NCBI GenBank assembly: GCA_034408725.1
Contig: JAWXCN010000032.1
Location: 20,453-84,452, forward strand
DNA length: 64,000 bases
From: Candidatus Hydrogenedentota bacterium
Lineage (GTDB): Bacteria; Hydrogenedentota; Hydrogenedentia; Hydrogenedentales; SLHB01
Direction: 5' to 3'
A model generated the notes under the pieces. That model was not told where the DNA came from. It worked only from the letters and a program-made list of their open reading frames with translations, and ran no database searches. Positions within the stretch are counted from its first letter, which is position 1. The number at the start of each line of letters is the position of its first letter. Of the stretch, positions 39,539-49,593 are shown piece by piece. A program made the translations under genes and the position numbers.

Positions 39539-41161
39539 GTGTCTTCATTGAAAGAATATCGTGCGGCAGAGGAACCACTGCCTCGCGAATACCAGGCGTG
39601 GCAGATTTTCGGATCGGGATTCGAAAACGTCGGCAAAGACGGCAAGCCCGTTACGCTGCCATTACGCGAACCGGCAGACAATGAAGTGATGCTGCGCGTC
39701 GATGCGTTGGGGTTATGCCAGTCCGACATCAAAATCATCAGCCAGGGCAGCAAACATGCGCGCCTGCGAGGACGCGATCTCGCGACCGAACCGACTGTGC
39801 TTGGCCACGAATGCGCGGCGACGGTGGTGAAGGTCGGGAAGAATTGGGAGAATAAATTCAAGCCCGGCGAACGATTCATTGTTCAGGCGGATATTTATTA
39901 CAAGGGCATTGGATACGCGTTCGGTTACTTGATCCCTGGTGGATTGGGACAATACTGCTATCTTGACGAACGTGCGCTCGATGGTGACGAAGGCTGCTAT
40001 CTTCTTCCCGTGCGCCCCGACACGGGCTACAGCCAGGCCGCGTTGTCGGAGCCGTGGGCCTGCGTCGAGATGTCGTACAACCTGATCGAGCGGCTGGAAC
40101 CCGGCGACGGCGCGGTGTTGATTGTGACTGACATCGAAGCCGACCAATGGCGCGCCGAGTTTCCAAAGGCGCATGTTGTTTCACGGAGTCTGCAAAACCT
40201 GCCGGCGGGCGAGTTCGACGATATAATTATCCCGATGCCCTCGCAGGAAATTGTGAATGCACTCGCGTCGCGTCTGCGAAAAAAAGGAATCATGTTCCTG
40301 TTGGGGATACCTTCGACGGATGATGCGGTGTCTTTGGACATTGGCCGTATACATTATGAAGACGTGCGCTACTACGGCGGCGGAACCGATCTCGGCTCAG
40401 TGAAGCAATCCAACGCGCGCCACGATTTGCAGCCTGGCGGTTCTGCGTTGTTCATGGGAGCCGGGGGGCCGATGGGGCAGATGCATGTGCAGCGCGCTAT
40501 CGAGATTGCGAACGGCCCCGAGTTGGTCGTCGTGACAGACCTTGATCGCGGGCGACTGGATCATATCCAACGCCGGTTCGGCGATATTGCAAAACATCGT
40601 GGCGTCAAACTTGTGACGCTTGCGGCCAGCGAGTTCGATTCCGCCGAAGCTATGAACGCGCGCATCGCCGGACTCGCCAAGGGCGGATACGATGATGTGG
40701 TCGTAATGGCGCCGGTAGCCAAGCTAGTTCCCCAGGCGATGGGATTCGCGGCGGACAACGCGGTGGTCAATGTATTTGCAGGCGTGGGCATTGGTTCGAT
40801 GGCGGACATCGCACTGCGCGATCTGTGTCGGGGCATCAAGATTATTGGGTCGAGCGGCTCGCGCATCAGCGATTTGCGCAAAGTGCTTGAGATGGTCGAG
40901 CGAAGCGAGTTGAACACCAACCTCAGCATCGCGGCCATTGGCGGGCTTGGCGCGGCGCGCGAGGGGCTCGAAGGAGTGAACACCGCGCGCTACCCCGGCA
41001 AGACCGTCATTTACCCGCAGATTCCAAACCTTCCTTTGATGCCGGTCGAGGAAGTGGAAGAGCGAATCCCGGAACTCAAAGGCAAGCTCGGCCCGCACGC
41101 GGCGTGGACGAAAGAAGCCGAGCAGGCGTTGCTGGAGAAATATGTCAATGGCGCGTCTTGA
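39539..41161 (+). CDS. Zinc-binding MDR dehydrogenase, sorbose-1-phosphate-reductase-like, with an internal insertion
   Basis: 'GLCQSD', 'LGHE', 'LSEPWACV', 'GAGGPMG'; GTG start after GGAGG. Confidence 0.8.
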   Translation: MSSLKEYRAAEEPLPREYQAWQIFGSGFENVGKDGKPVTLPLREPADNEVMLRVDALGLCQSDIKIISQGSKHARLRGRDLATEPTVLGHECAATVVKVGKNWENKFKPGERFIVQADIYYKGIGYAFGYLIPGGLGQYCYLDERALDGDEGCYLLPVRPDTGYSQAALSEPWACVEMSYNLIERLEPGDGAVLIVTDIEADQWRAEFPKAHVVSRSLQNLPAGEFDDIIIPMPSQEIVNALASRLRKKGIMFLLGIPSTDDAVSLDIGRIHYEDVRYYGGGTDLGSVKQSNARHDLQPGGSALFMGAGGPMGQMHVQRAIEIANGPELVVVTDLDRGRLDHIQRRFGDIAKHRGVKLVTLAASEFDSAEAMNARIAGLAKGGYDDVVVMAPVAKLVPQAMGFAADNAVVNVFAGVGIGSMADIALRDLCRGIKIIGSSGSRISDLRKVLEMVERSELNTNLSIAAIGGLGAAREGLEGVNTARYPGKTVIYPQIPNLPLMPVEEVEERIPELKGKLGPHAAWTKEAEQALLEKYVNGAS

Positions 41162-41936
41162 GGGCAAACGCGCAATTGTTACTGGCGGCGCGCAGGGTTT
41201 GGGCGAAGCGATAGTCCATCGTCTCGCAAGTGAAGGGTGTTCCGTCGCAATTTGGGACATCAACGCGGACAAGTCGAACGAAGCCGCGGCGCGTATTGCA
41301 AATGACACGGGGCGAACGGTAATCGGCGCCCAGGTGGATGTATGCGACGCAGCGGCCGCGCGCAATGCGATGGACGATGCGGCGGCGCGGCTCGGAGGAC
41401 TTGAAGTGTTTGTATCGAACGCGGGCATTTTGAAATCCGGTGATTCAATCACGTTCGAGGTCGAGCATTGGCGGCGTGTAATTGACGTGAACCTTACTGG
41501 CTATTTCATCTGTGCTCGCGAGGCCGCGCGCGTGATGGTGCAGGGCGGTAGCGGGTCCATCATTCAGATCAATTCCAAATCCGGCAAGAAGGGCAGCTTC
41601 AAGAACTGCGCATACGCCGCGTCGAAGTTTGGCGGCATCGGCGTCACGCAAAGTCTGGCATTGGAATTCGCGGAACACGGCGTGCGCGTGAACTCGATTT
41701 GTCCCGGAAATCTGCTCGATTCGCCGCTGTGGAAAGACAGCCTTTTCAAACAGTATGCCGCGAACCAGGGCATCAGCGAAAACGAAGTGCGGAAAAAATA
41801 CGTGGACCAGGTGCCGATGAAACGGCCATGCACGTATCACGACGTGACGAATGTGGTGATGTTTCTTGCATCCGACGACTCGTCGTACATGACCGGACAA
41901 GCGATAAACGTCACTGGCGGGCAGGAGATGCGGTAG
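41148..41936 (+). CDS. srlD: Sorbitol-6-phosphate 2-dehydrogenase (SDR)
   Basis: 'TGGAQGLG', 'VNLTGYF.CAREAAR', 'IQINSKSGKKGS..N.AYAASKFGG', 'PGNLLDSP', 'TGQAINVTGGQ'. Confidence 0.85.
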   Translation: MARLEGKRAIVTGGAQGLGEAIVHRLASEGCSVAIWDINADKSNEAAARIANDTGRTVIGAQVDVCDAAAARNAMDDAAARLGGLEVFVSNAGILKSGDSITFEVEHWRRVIDVNLTGYFICAREAARVMVQGGSGSIIQINSKSGKKGSFKNCAYAASKFGGIGVTQSLALEFAEHGVRVNSICPGNLLDSPLWKDSLFKQYAANQGISENEVRKKYVDQVPMKRPCTYHDVTNVVMFLASDDSSYMTGQAINVTGGQEMR

Positions 41937-41941
41937 CGAAC

Positions 41942-42035
41942 GGGACTGTCACCGCCGCGGTGGCTGTCCCGGTTTTGGTGTTGACTGGCGGTGGTGTGGC
42001 AAAGCGGTGACAGCCACCGCGGCGGTGACAGTCCC
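41942..42035. repeat. Perfect 27-bp inverted repeat (REPIN-like, family D)
   Basis: GGGACTGTCACCGCCGCGGTGGCTGTC (41942-41968) and its reverse complement (42009-42035). Confidence 0.9.
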
Positions 42036-42046
42036 CGGGGGGTGCG

Positions 42047-43645
42047 ATGCCGGACACGCGATACGTACTTGCCATTGATCTCGGCACGGGCGGGCCCAAG
42101 GTTGCGCTCGTGTCAACGCGCGGCGAAATTTTTGCCCACGAAACCGAAGACCTTTCCATTACTTTCCTCGAAGATGGCGGCGCGGAACAGGATGCGCGCG
42201 ACTGGTGGGATTCGATTGTGCGCGCGACGCGCCGGATTCTCGCACGCACCAGCATTCCACGCGAAAATATCATCGCCGCGAGCGTGACCACGCAATGGTC
42301 GTTGACCGTCCCGGTCGATAAAAACGGCGAACCTCTGATGAATGCCATTTGTTGGATGGACACGCGCGGCGCGCGGTATTGCAGGGCGTTGAAAGACGGT
42401 CTCGTGAAAATCGCGGGTTGCGAAGTGACGCGCTTGATTCGATGGCTGCGACTCACCGGTGGATGCCCCACTGACACCGGGTTCGATTCCCTCGCGCATG
42501 TCCTGTTTATCAAGAACGAACGCCCCGATGTTTACAAGGCCACGTATAAATTTCTTGAGCCGATGGATTACATCAATCTACGGCTGACGGGAAAGTTTGC
42601 GGCGTGTTATAGCGGCGTGTTTTCGTTGTGGCTCGCGGACACGAGAGACATTGGCAAATTGAAATATGACGAAGGGTTGCTGCGGCTGGCCGGATTGGAC
42701 CGCGAAAAGTTCGCGGAACTGACGCCGCCATTAACGGTTTTGGGGACAATTACTCCGGGCGCGGCTGAGGAACTTGGGTTGCACACCGGCGTTCAGGTGA
42801 TCATCGGCACGGGAGACAACCATTCCGCGACGGTCGGCTCTGGCGCGACCCGGGACTACGAGGGGCACTGCTACGTTGGCACAACGTCATGGTTGTCCGC
42901 GCATGTGCCGTTCAAGAAAATTGATATCTTCCATTTGATCACCTCGATGCCGGCGGCTGTTCCTGGAAGAAATATCGTGCTGGCGCAGCAGGGCACCGGT
43001 GGTGAATGCTTCAAATTCCTGAAAGAAAATATTCTGTATCGCGACGATGTGTGCGCCACCGGGTCCGCTCCAGAGGACGCATACGAGCGGATGAACGAGC
43101 TGGCGAAGACGGCGCCACCGGGGAGCGATGGCCTGATGTTTACCCCATTTCTCACGGGTGCCATGACGCCCATTAACGAGCGGCACACCCGCAGCGCGTT
43201 TGTGAACCAGTCCTTGAGCACGAACCGCGCGCATTACGTGCGCGCGGTAATGGAAGGCGTCGCGTTTAACCTGCGGTGGCTGCTGCCGTATGTTGAAAAG
43301 TTCATTGGCCGGCGATTCGAATCGCTCAACTATATTGGCGGCGGCGCGCAATCGGGCACTTGGTGCCAGATTATGGCGGATGTGCTGGATCGGCCCATTC
43401 ATCAGATGGCCGAGCCGCGGCAGGCGAATGTTCGTGGCGCGGGGTTGCTGGCGTCGCTTGCGCTTGGAATCATTCGGATGGACGAGGTTCCTGGGCTTGT
43501 GCCGGTAATGAACACGTTTGCGCCAAATGCGGAGAATCGCGGGATATATGATGAAATGGCGCGGGAGTTTATCAAGTTTTCTACGCGGAACCGGGGCATG
43601 TACAGAAGACTGAATCGGGATGGCGGGCAATTCGCGAAGAAATGA
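42047..43645 (+). CDS. FGGY family carbohydrate kinase (xylulokinase-like)
   Basis: 'LAIDLGTGGPK', 'AEQD', 'ICWMDTR', 'GTGDN', 'GTTSW', 'RAVMEGVA', 'IGGGA'. Confidence 0.9.
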   Translation: MPDTRYVLAIDLGTGGPKVALVSTRGEIFAHETEDLSITFLEDGGAEQDARDWWDSIVRATRRILARTSIPRENIIAASVTTQWSLTVPVDKNGEPLMNAICWMDTRGARYCRALKDGLVKIAGCEVTRLIRWLRLTGGCPTDTGFDSLAHVLFIKNERPDVYKATYKFLEPMDYINLRLTGKFAACYSGVFSLWLADTRDIGKLKYDEGLLRLAGLDREKFAELTPPLTVLGTITPGAAEELGLHTGVQVIIGTGDNHSATVGSGATRDYEGHCYVGTTSWLSAHVPFKKIDIFHLITSMPAAVPGRNIVLAQQGTGGECFKFLKENILYRDDVCATGSAPEDAYERMNELAKTAPPGSDGLMFTPFLTGAMTPINERHTRSAFVNQSLSTNRAHYVRAVMEGVAFNLRWLLPYVEKFIGRRFESLNYIGGGAQSGTWCQIMADVLDRPIHQMAEPRQANVRGAGLLASLALGIIRMDEVPGLVPVMNTFAPNAENRGIYDEMAREFIKFSTRNRGMYRRLNRDGGQFAKK

Positions 43646-43781
43646 AGATGAAAGTGAATAAGAATCCGGTTACGATTACAAGTACGACACGACAGACAAG
43701 TCCGAGTAGGAAAACGAGCAGGAGCCTGACCACTGCGCTCCTTGCTTTCTGGATTTACTCGATCAATTTGGAGAACTGGTG

Positions 43782-45203
43782 ATGGCAATTGTTGAAAAAT
43801 CCGGCCCCGTCGATCTCGAGCAGAAGCTGCATCCGTACCGGGGAAAATTCAGCAGCTATACTCAACTTCCGAAATCGGGACGCGACCGCGCCGATATTCT
43901 CGAAGAAATGCGGAAGGTCGTTGCGCTCGAGGAAAACCGATGGCGCGAGGGCTACGCATCTGGTTCTGTTTACCACGGCGACAAGGAACACATCGATTTC
44001 CTCAATGAAGTCTATGCGCTCAATTCCCAGTCGAACCAGTTGCATGCAGACCTGTGGCCCAGCGCGTTCAAGTATGAGGCCGAAATTGTCTCAATGACCG
44101 CACACATGCTGAACGGCGGTTCCCCGGACGCCCCAGTGGGCAGCGAGAATGGCGTGTGCGGCTGCGTATCGTCCGGCGGTACGGAAAGCATCATGCTCGC
44201 GATGAAGACGTACCGCGACTGGGGCCGCGCCGTGAAAGGGATCACGCAACCGGAGATGGTGCTCCCCATTTCCGCGCATCCCGCGTTTGACAAGGCGGCG
44301 CAGTATTTTTGCATCAAGCAGGTGAAGGTTCCGATTGACGATTCGTTTCGTGCTGACGTGAATGCGATGGCGGCAGCCATTACTCCCAACACGATCGTGA
44401 TGATCGGTTCGGCGCCCAATTTTCCGTATGGCACGATCGATCCTATTGTGGAACTGGCCGCAGCCGCACAGAAACACGGCGTGGGATTTCACACTGATTC
44501 TTGCCTTGGCGGATTTCTGCTGCCGTGGGCCGAGAAATTGGGCTATCCCGTCCCCGCATTCGATTTTCGGGTGCCAGGCGTGACATCGATGTCCTGCGAT
44601 ACGCACAAATACGGGTATGCGGCGAAAGGCACGTCGGTTGTGCTGTATCGTGGAATGGAATTGCGCCGCTACCAATACTTCACGACATCCGACTGGCCGG
44701 GGGGGTTGTATCATTCACCGACATTCGCGGGTAGCAGACCCGGCGGTCTCAGCGCGGCGTGTTGGGCATCAATGGTTTCGATGGGAGAAGAAGGCTATTT
44801 GCGCGCCGTCATGTCGATTCTCTCGGCGGTCGATACGATGAAGAAGGGCATCCAGTCAATTCCTGAATTACAATTGATGGGCGAATCCGTGGGCGTATTC
44901 GCGTTTGGCTCGAACGGGGTTAACGCCTATGAATTGCTCGACGCGATGTCCGCGCGCAGTTGGGCGTTGACAGGGTTGCAGCACCCCGCGGGCATTCACG
45001 TTAGCCCGACGTTGCGCCACGCCCAACCAGGCGTCGCGGAACGGTTCGTCAGCGATTTACGAGAGGCCGTTGCACAGGTGAAAGCGAATCCGAATCCGGA
45101 TGGCGGCATGGCGCCGATTTATGGATTGGCAACGACAGTGCCGGACCGCAGGGTGGTGCACGATTTGTTGAAGAGTTTTATGGATATGTACTACCAGGTG
45201 TAA
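43782..45203 (+). CDS. Group II PLP-dependent enzyme, sphingosine-1-phosphate-lyase-like
   Basis: 'SGSVYHG', '[10 protein letters not shown]', 'SGGTESI', 'AHPAFDKA', 'HTDSCLGGF', 'DTHKYGY', 'WPGGLY.SPT.AGSRPG'. Confidence 0.88.
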   Translation: MAIVEKSGPVDLEQKLHPYRGKFSSYTQLPKSGRDRADILEEMRKVVALEENRWREGYASGSVYHGDKEHIDFLNEVYALNSQSNQLHADLWPSAFKYEAEIVSMTAHMLNGGSPDAPVGSENGVCGCVSSGGTESIMLAMKTYRDWGRAVKGITQPEMVLPISAHPAFDKAAQYFCIKQVKVPIDDSFRADVNAMAAAITPNTIVMIGSAPNFPYGTIDPIVELAAAAQKHGVGFHTDSCLGGFLLPWAEKLGYPVPAFDFRVPGVTSMSCDTHKYGYAAKGTSVVLYRGMELRRYQYFTTSDWPGGLYHSPTFAGSRPGGLSAACWASMVSMGEEGYLRAVMSILSAVDTMKKGIQSIPELQLMGESVGVFAFGSNGVNAYELLDAMSARSWALTGLQHPAGIHVSPTLRHAQPGVAERFVSDLREAVAQVKANPNPDGGMAPIYGLATTVPDRRVVHDLLKSFMDMYYQV

Positions 45204-45236
45204 TCTGCACCGTCAGCTCCATACTGGAGAATCGCC

Positions 45237-47156
45237 TTAATTACGAAGTGTGAATGAGTCGCTGTTGTCGAGAATCGAGGAATCAGCGACTGATGAGACA
45301 CGCACAAAGTAACCGCCGCCGGTCGCGAGTCCCAATGGTATGTTCCATGCGACTTTTCCATCATTCTTCGTGTTCGTCTTGATTGTTTGGACGAAGTCCC
45401 CGTTCAAATACAAGGCAACTTTAACTGTCGCTCCGATATTTCCCTCCGAGTTCCATTTGATCCTTTTTTTCGTTCCGACACGCCAGGACTTTTCAGAATT
45501 CGGGACCGTGACTTCAACGCTCCCGTCAATTGTTGTATCCGGGTTTAGATACTGCTCGATCAGCGGATAGCTGACATCGAAACGTCCGTAGTAGTCGAGT
45601 TTGTCTTGCGCCGTACACGACGACGGCCCGCCCCAGAGTTGGCCGATGACTTGTTGAGTGCTTTCGATGAACAAGGGGGAGCCGGACGAGCCTGGTTCCG
45701 TCACGCCAAGATTCGGCCGCCACGTGGACTGGTGGTAACGGGTGCGCGGGCGAATGTCCAACAACGATTCGCTAACGTTTGTCACGTCTCCAAAAGTCAG
45801 GCGTTTAAAATCCCCACTCGGATGGTGTACGCAAGTCGTTGGCGTTCCAATTCCAGCCGCCGCGCTCGCCCAACCCAGATAGTTCACGCCCGCGGGAACG
45901 TTGTTATTTAGCCGCAAGAGCACGAAATCCGTGCCTGTGCTCGCGTTCGTAGTCGCAAGCAATTCCGCGCCGCCCGTAGTGCGAGGCACGGACGACAGGT
46001 TTGGAGGCGCGCCATTGCAGGACGCCGTCTGGTACAGCCAATAGACTTCAATATTGGATGCGCTCCCCTGCGTGCCGACGCAATGGTTTGCCGTCAGGAA
46101 GTAGGGCTCGTTGGTGCTGGCGTCAGTGTCCGCCAACAGACTGCCGGTACACCAGATACTTCCCGATGCGCCAATACTTCCAATCCCGGCCACCCCTTTG
46201 GCAGCTTCGGCCCACGCGGAGTAGCATGCGATGTCGAGGTTGCATGAACCCGCGCCCTTCGCCATCGCGAGCATGCCAAACGGAACGTAATTGTGGGTAA
46301 CGCGATCAATGGTGAGGCGCACCGCGCCGAGGTCGGCGCTATCGGGAACATAGCATTCGACGACAACCGATTCACCGAACACTGTGGCGCTCCACAAATC
46401 GTCCGCATCCGGCGCCGGCCCAAAATAGGGGCCGTAGGCCTCCTGCGCATCGTCGCCGTTGTACACCACGACTCGAGCGCCGACGGGTAATGTTAGGTCG
46501 GAAAAATGTACCCGCATGCCAAGCGCGTCGGGGGAAAGCATGGCAAACGACCACAAAGACCCGCCTCCCGCGACCGGCGCCCATGAACCTGAGGATACCG
46601 TCACGCCAGTTACTACCACGGGTTCTAGCAAGTCCAGGAATACGCCGATACGGGTCGCGCCTTTTCCCTCATCCGTGCGAAGTTTGTCCTCACGCGCGAT
46701 CTGTGCCCAATCGATTTCCGGCAGGATTGTCCCGCCGCGAGGGCTGATGGATTTCGCGACACCCACAGGAGTTGGCGTCGACGGAAGCCATTTCGTATCC
46801 GACGCGGGCGTTTCTCCGATTTTTCCGGCAGGAGGCAGGTCCCAATTCTTGGGGTGAATTCCCAGGGCGGCGACTTCAGCCGCCCGGAGCAGGTTGCCTT
46901 CTCCGTCGCTGTAAAGATCGAAAGGAGCGCTTCCAGCGGGCTTTACGTGATAACCTGTTACAAACTGGTCCGAACCGTCGTGCGCGCGCTCGCTCCAAGA
47001 GAGCAGGACCGTATGCTCGGATGCCGGGTATCCCTCGGCGCTCAGAAATTCTTCGGCGTCTGGAAATTGGACGTCTGAGCACGATTCACACGGAGGTTCT
47101 GCCTGCGTCGGGAGTACGAGGATTGAAACAAGTAGCGCGAAAACAATTGCTCGCAT
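45237..47156 (-). CDS. Secreted S1 serine protease (lysyl-endopeptidase-like) with a C-terminal Ig-like domain
   Basis: Signal peptide and propeptide; 'CTGSLL', 'LTANHC', 'TDFVLL', 'HHPSGD.K', 'TEPGSSGSPL', 'GQLWGG'. Confidence 0.88.
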   Translation of the reverse strand: MRAIVFALLVSILVLPTQAEPPCESCSDVQFPDAEEFLSAEGYPASEHTVLLSWSERAHDGSDQFVTGYHVKPAGSAPFDLYSDGEGNLLRAAEVAALGIHPKNWDLPPAGKIGETPASDTKWLPSTPTPVGVAKSISPRGGTILPEIDWAQIAREDKLRTDEGKGATRIGVFLDLLEPVVVTGVTVSSGSWAPVAGGGSLWSFAMLSPDALGMRVHFSDLTLPVGARVVVYNGDDAQEAYGPYFGPAPDADDLWSATVFGESVVVECYVPDSADLGAVRLTIDRVTHNYVPFGMLAMAKGAGSCNLDIACYSAWAEAAKGVAGIGSIGASGSIWCTGSLLADTDASTNEPYFLTANHCVGTQGSASNIEVYWLYQTASCNGAPPNLSSVPRTTGGAELLATTNASTGTDFVLLRLNNNVPAGVNYLGWASAAAGIGTPTTCVHHPSGDFKRLTFGDVTNVSESLLDIRPRTRYHQSTWRPNLGVTEPGSSGSPLFIESTQQVIGQLWGGPSSCTAQDKLDYYGRFDVSYPLIEQYLNPDTTIDGSVEVTVPNSEKSWRVGTKKRIKWNSEGNIGATVKVALYLNGDFVQTIKTNTKNDGKVAWNIPLGLATGGGYFVRVSSVADSSILDNSDSFTLRN

Positions 47157-47306
47157 TAAATCCGTCCTATGCCCGCTGCCTTGCGCGAGGCACGGCAGTT
47201 AGTGCCGAATAATCAGTTGTGCCACTGACAATTGTACCTAATCTCATTGACATTATTACAAATACAAAAACCGCACTAAATACATAAAACACTACGCCGT
47301 ATATAG

Positions 47307-48374
47307 TTACCATGAGTCTGGAAATGTTACGTAATATCCCGAAATACGGCCACCTTCCGTACGAATCTCGTAATCAATAATTAACCTTACTTTTCCGGCT
47401 ACCTGTACACTGCAAGGGTAACTCCCATCCAATATGGCGCTGCCATCGGCCATGTATTGATAGCAATTTCCCTTCGAATCCAAATCCCAACTGACAAACG
47501 TGGGATCACTCGTTTTCACGGCACTCACCGACACCATCCGCTGATCGCTATAGACCAGCGTCGGCGTGTTGCCGTGCCAGCTCAATTGTGGTGGTGACGG
47601 AAAACGCTGGCTTTGAACATTGGTTTTTTGCGGTATTGACCACGTTTTGCCGCGGTCCTTGCTTTCGGTTACCCAGAAATAACCATCGGACTGCGGGATA
47701 TTGTTCCGCGAGATTCCAATGATATGTTTTGACTCAAGTTCGAGGGCATCCCACTCGTCCCCGACGAATCCGTCGGTATCGGGGATTGCGAATGATTCCC
47801 AGTTCCGACCGTTGTTGTACGAGAGCGCGGCGATCGCGCCGTTGCCGGGGGCCTTGTACAGTGGTAACAAGACGTCGCCGTTAGAAAGTACGACGCCGGC
47901 AGAGCGCGTGCGCGTATTCGGCACGCCGACGGACTGTGGCGCGGACCACGTTTTTCCGCCATCACCGGATCGGGCGGTCATCGCCAGGGACACCTCGTCT
48001 CTGGTATACGAATTATAGGAGAGGAGCAATTCGCCGTTCGGCAGTTCGACAATGGCGACGTTACGATCATCGACACCGGGCTCATCGACAATTACGCTGG
48101 CAGATGACCATGTGCGGCCCTTGTCCGAACTCGTTGCAAGCATGACGCGCCCTTCAGCGGAGAACATGTGTTCGGTGCCTTCGCGCCACACGCAATACAA
48201 CGTGCCGCTGGCTCCGGCGGTGATCCACGGCCAACCCGGGTACTTGCCTTCGTAGATGATGACGTCGGGTTTTGTGCGCTGGAACGCATCAGTCGATACC
48301 TGCGCGAAACTGCCCGCGCCGATGCCCGCCATTCCCGCCGCGGTCAATGCCAGAAAACGTCGTCGTGTGTGCAT
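47307..48374 (-). CDS. Tat-exported BNR/Asp-box (sialidase-like) beta-propeller protein
   Basis: Tat motif TRRRFL; Asp boxes 'SSDKGRTW', 'SGDGGKTW', 'SYNNGRNW', 'SKDRGKTW'; 'GSYP'. Confidence 0.88.
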   Translation of the reverse strand: MHTRRRFLALTAAGMAGIGAGSFAQVSTDAFQRTKPDVIIYEGKYPGWPWITAGASGTLYCVWREGTEHMFSAEGRVMLATSSDKGRTWSSASVIVDEPGVDDRNVAIVELPNGELLLSYNSYTRDEVSLAMTARSGDGGKTWSAPQSVGVPNTRTRSAGVVLSNGDVLLPLYKAPGNGAIAALSYNNGRNWESFAIPDTDGFVGDEWDALELESKHIIGISRNNIPQSDGYFWVTESKDRGKTWSIPQKTNVQSQRFPSPPQLSWHGNTPTLVYSDQRMVSVSAVKTSDPTFVSWDLDSKGNCYQYMADGSAILDGSYPCSVQVAGKVRLIIDYEIRTEGGRISGYYVTFPDSW

Positions 48375-48983
48375 TACGCCCTCTCCCGATTTCAGTGAGG
48401 GAACATTATACCCAATGGTACCGCAGGCATTTAGTAGCGCCGCAATTGCCAAGGGCGGCGGGTGTAGCGCTGAATTCCGATTCGGCGCGTGCCGGAGAGA
48501 ACGACCACATCAGGTTCGAGCGAGTGAACATGTTCAATAACCCGGACCGCAAACAAAGCACCCCAGTCGCATCCTCCGCGCCACCGACTCCGGAGCACGC
48601 CGCGTTTGGCAAACGAGGCGCTACCTGGGAATGCGCGCAGTCCCACGCTCCAAATTTGCGTGGAGTCTTATTCGTGCTGATGGGTCATTCCTTTATAGAT
48701 TAGGCCGAGACGTTGCAGTGGGGTTGGAAATTAATTTAAGGGGTATTTATGGATTTGCGTAGAATGGACTGACACGGACTGATATGGACAGACACGGACA
48801 AAATGAATTGGGTTCGGGATGTTCGGCACCACCATTCAACCGTCCGGCCGCGACTGGAACACATAGGCGACGCGCATCGGGCTTGGTCGACCTTCCGACT
48901 GCGCCGAATCGGAATTCAGCGCTACATGGTTGCTCTCAAACGATACTTTACCTATCATTGATCAATTAGGAGGCTATCCGCCC

Positions 48984-49202
48984 ATGGACGTTGTCATACC
49001 GCTCGACAAAATGTCGGTCGCAGAAAAATTGCGCGCAATGGAAGAGTCCTGGGACGACCTTCAACGCGGATCGGGCGAGGTACCCTCGCCTGCCTGGCAT
49101 GAAGACATTCTCCGCGCTCGAGAAAACCGCGTCAACGAAGGTGTGTCCAATTATGCTGACTGGTCCGAAGCAAAAGATAGGATTCCTCGTCAGACCCAAT
49201 GA
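48984..49202 (+). CDS. Addiction-module (TIGR02574-like) antitoxin
   Basis: 'IPLDKMSVAEKLRAMEESWDDL...PSPAWHEDILRARE...DWSEAK'; GGAGG RBS. Confidence 0.82.
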   Translation: MDVVIPLDKMSVAEKLRAMEESWDDLQRGSGEVPSPAWHEDILRARENRVNEGVSNYADWSEAKDRIPRQTQ

Positions 49203-49273
49203 GGGTTCAAATCCTTGAAGCTTCTGTTGGTTTGCGGGTGGCGAGTTCAACTTCTGCGATGGAGGGGTTGTGA
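49199..49273 (+). pseudogene. Probable remnant of a RelE/ParE toxin N-terminus
   Basis: ATGA overlap with the antitoxin stop; begins 'MRVQILEA' and stops after 24 codons. Confidence 0.45.
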
Positions 49274-49593
49274 GGCCACAGGACTGCACCGCTCTCACGC
49301 GAGCGAGACACTACTTTGCAGCCCGTTATCTCCGGTATAGCGACTGCGCGACATGCGTTTACCGTAGGTCTACCTATGTTACGCTGATCTCCGATGGGGA
49401 ATTTTTTGATCGAGCCGTGGGTATCGGTCATGCATGCGCCGAATCGGAATTCAGCGCTACATCAGTGGGATTGGAGATTATTTGAAGCGGAATTTATGAG
49501 TTCGTGCAAAATTGATGAACATAAATGGAAGAGGAGTGCACCTAGCAGGGTGGAAACAGAAGTAATAAAGTTTTCCAGAGAGCTTTTGCGTTT

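Larger units (their letters stand above)
48463..49461. repeat. Three identical 26-bp GTAG-type REP copies (family E)
   Basis: TGTAGCGCTGAATTCCGATTCGGCGC at 48463-48488; exact reverse complement at 48901-48926 and 49436-49461. Confidence 0.92.

Noticed and set aside
48764-48800. Degenerate 10-bp tandem repeats (CACGGACTGA-like), with similar short repeats near 9690 and 36415
   Set aside because: Too short and degenerate to assign a function such as iterons; probably more minor intergenic repeat families
48463-49461. 26-bp repeats as CRISPR repeats or IS terminal inverted repeats
   Set aside because: Mixed orientation, spacing of 400-500 bp and no transposase between them; GTAG plus hairpin fits REP better
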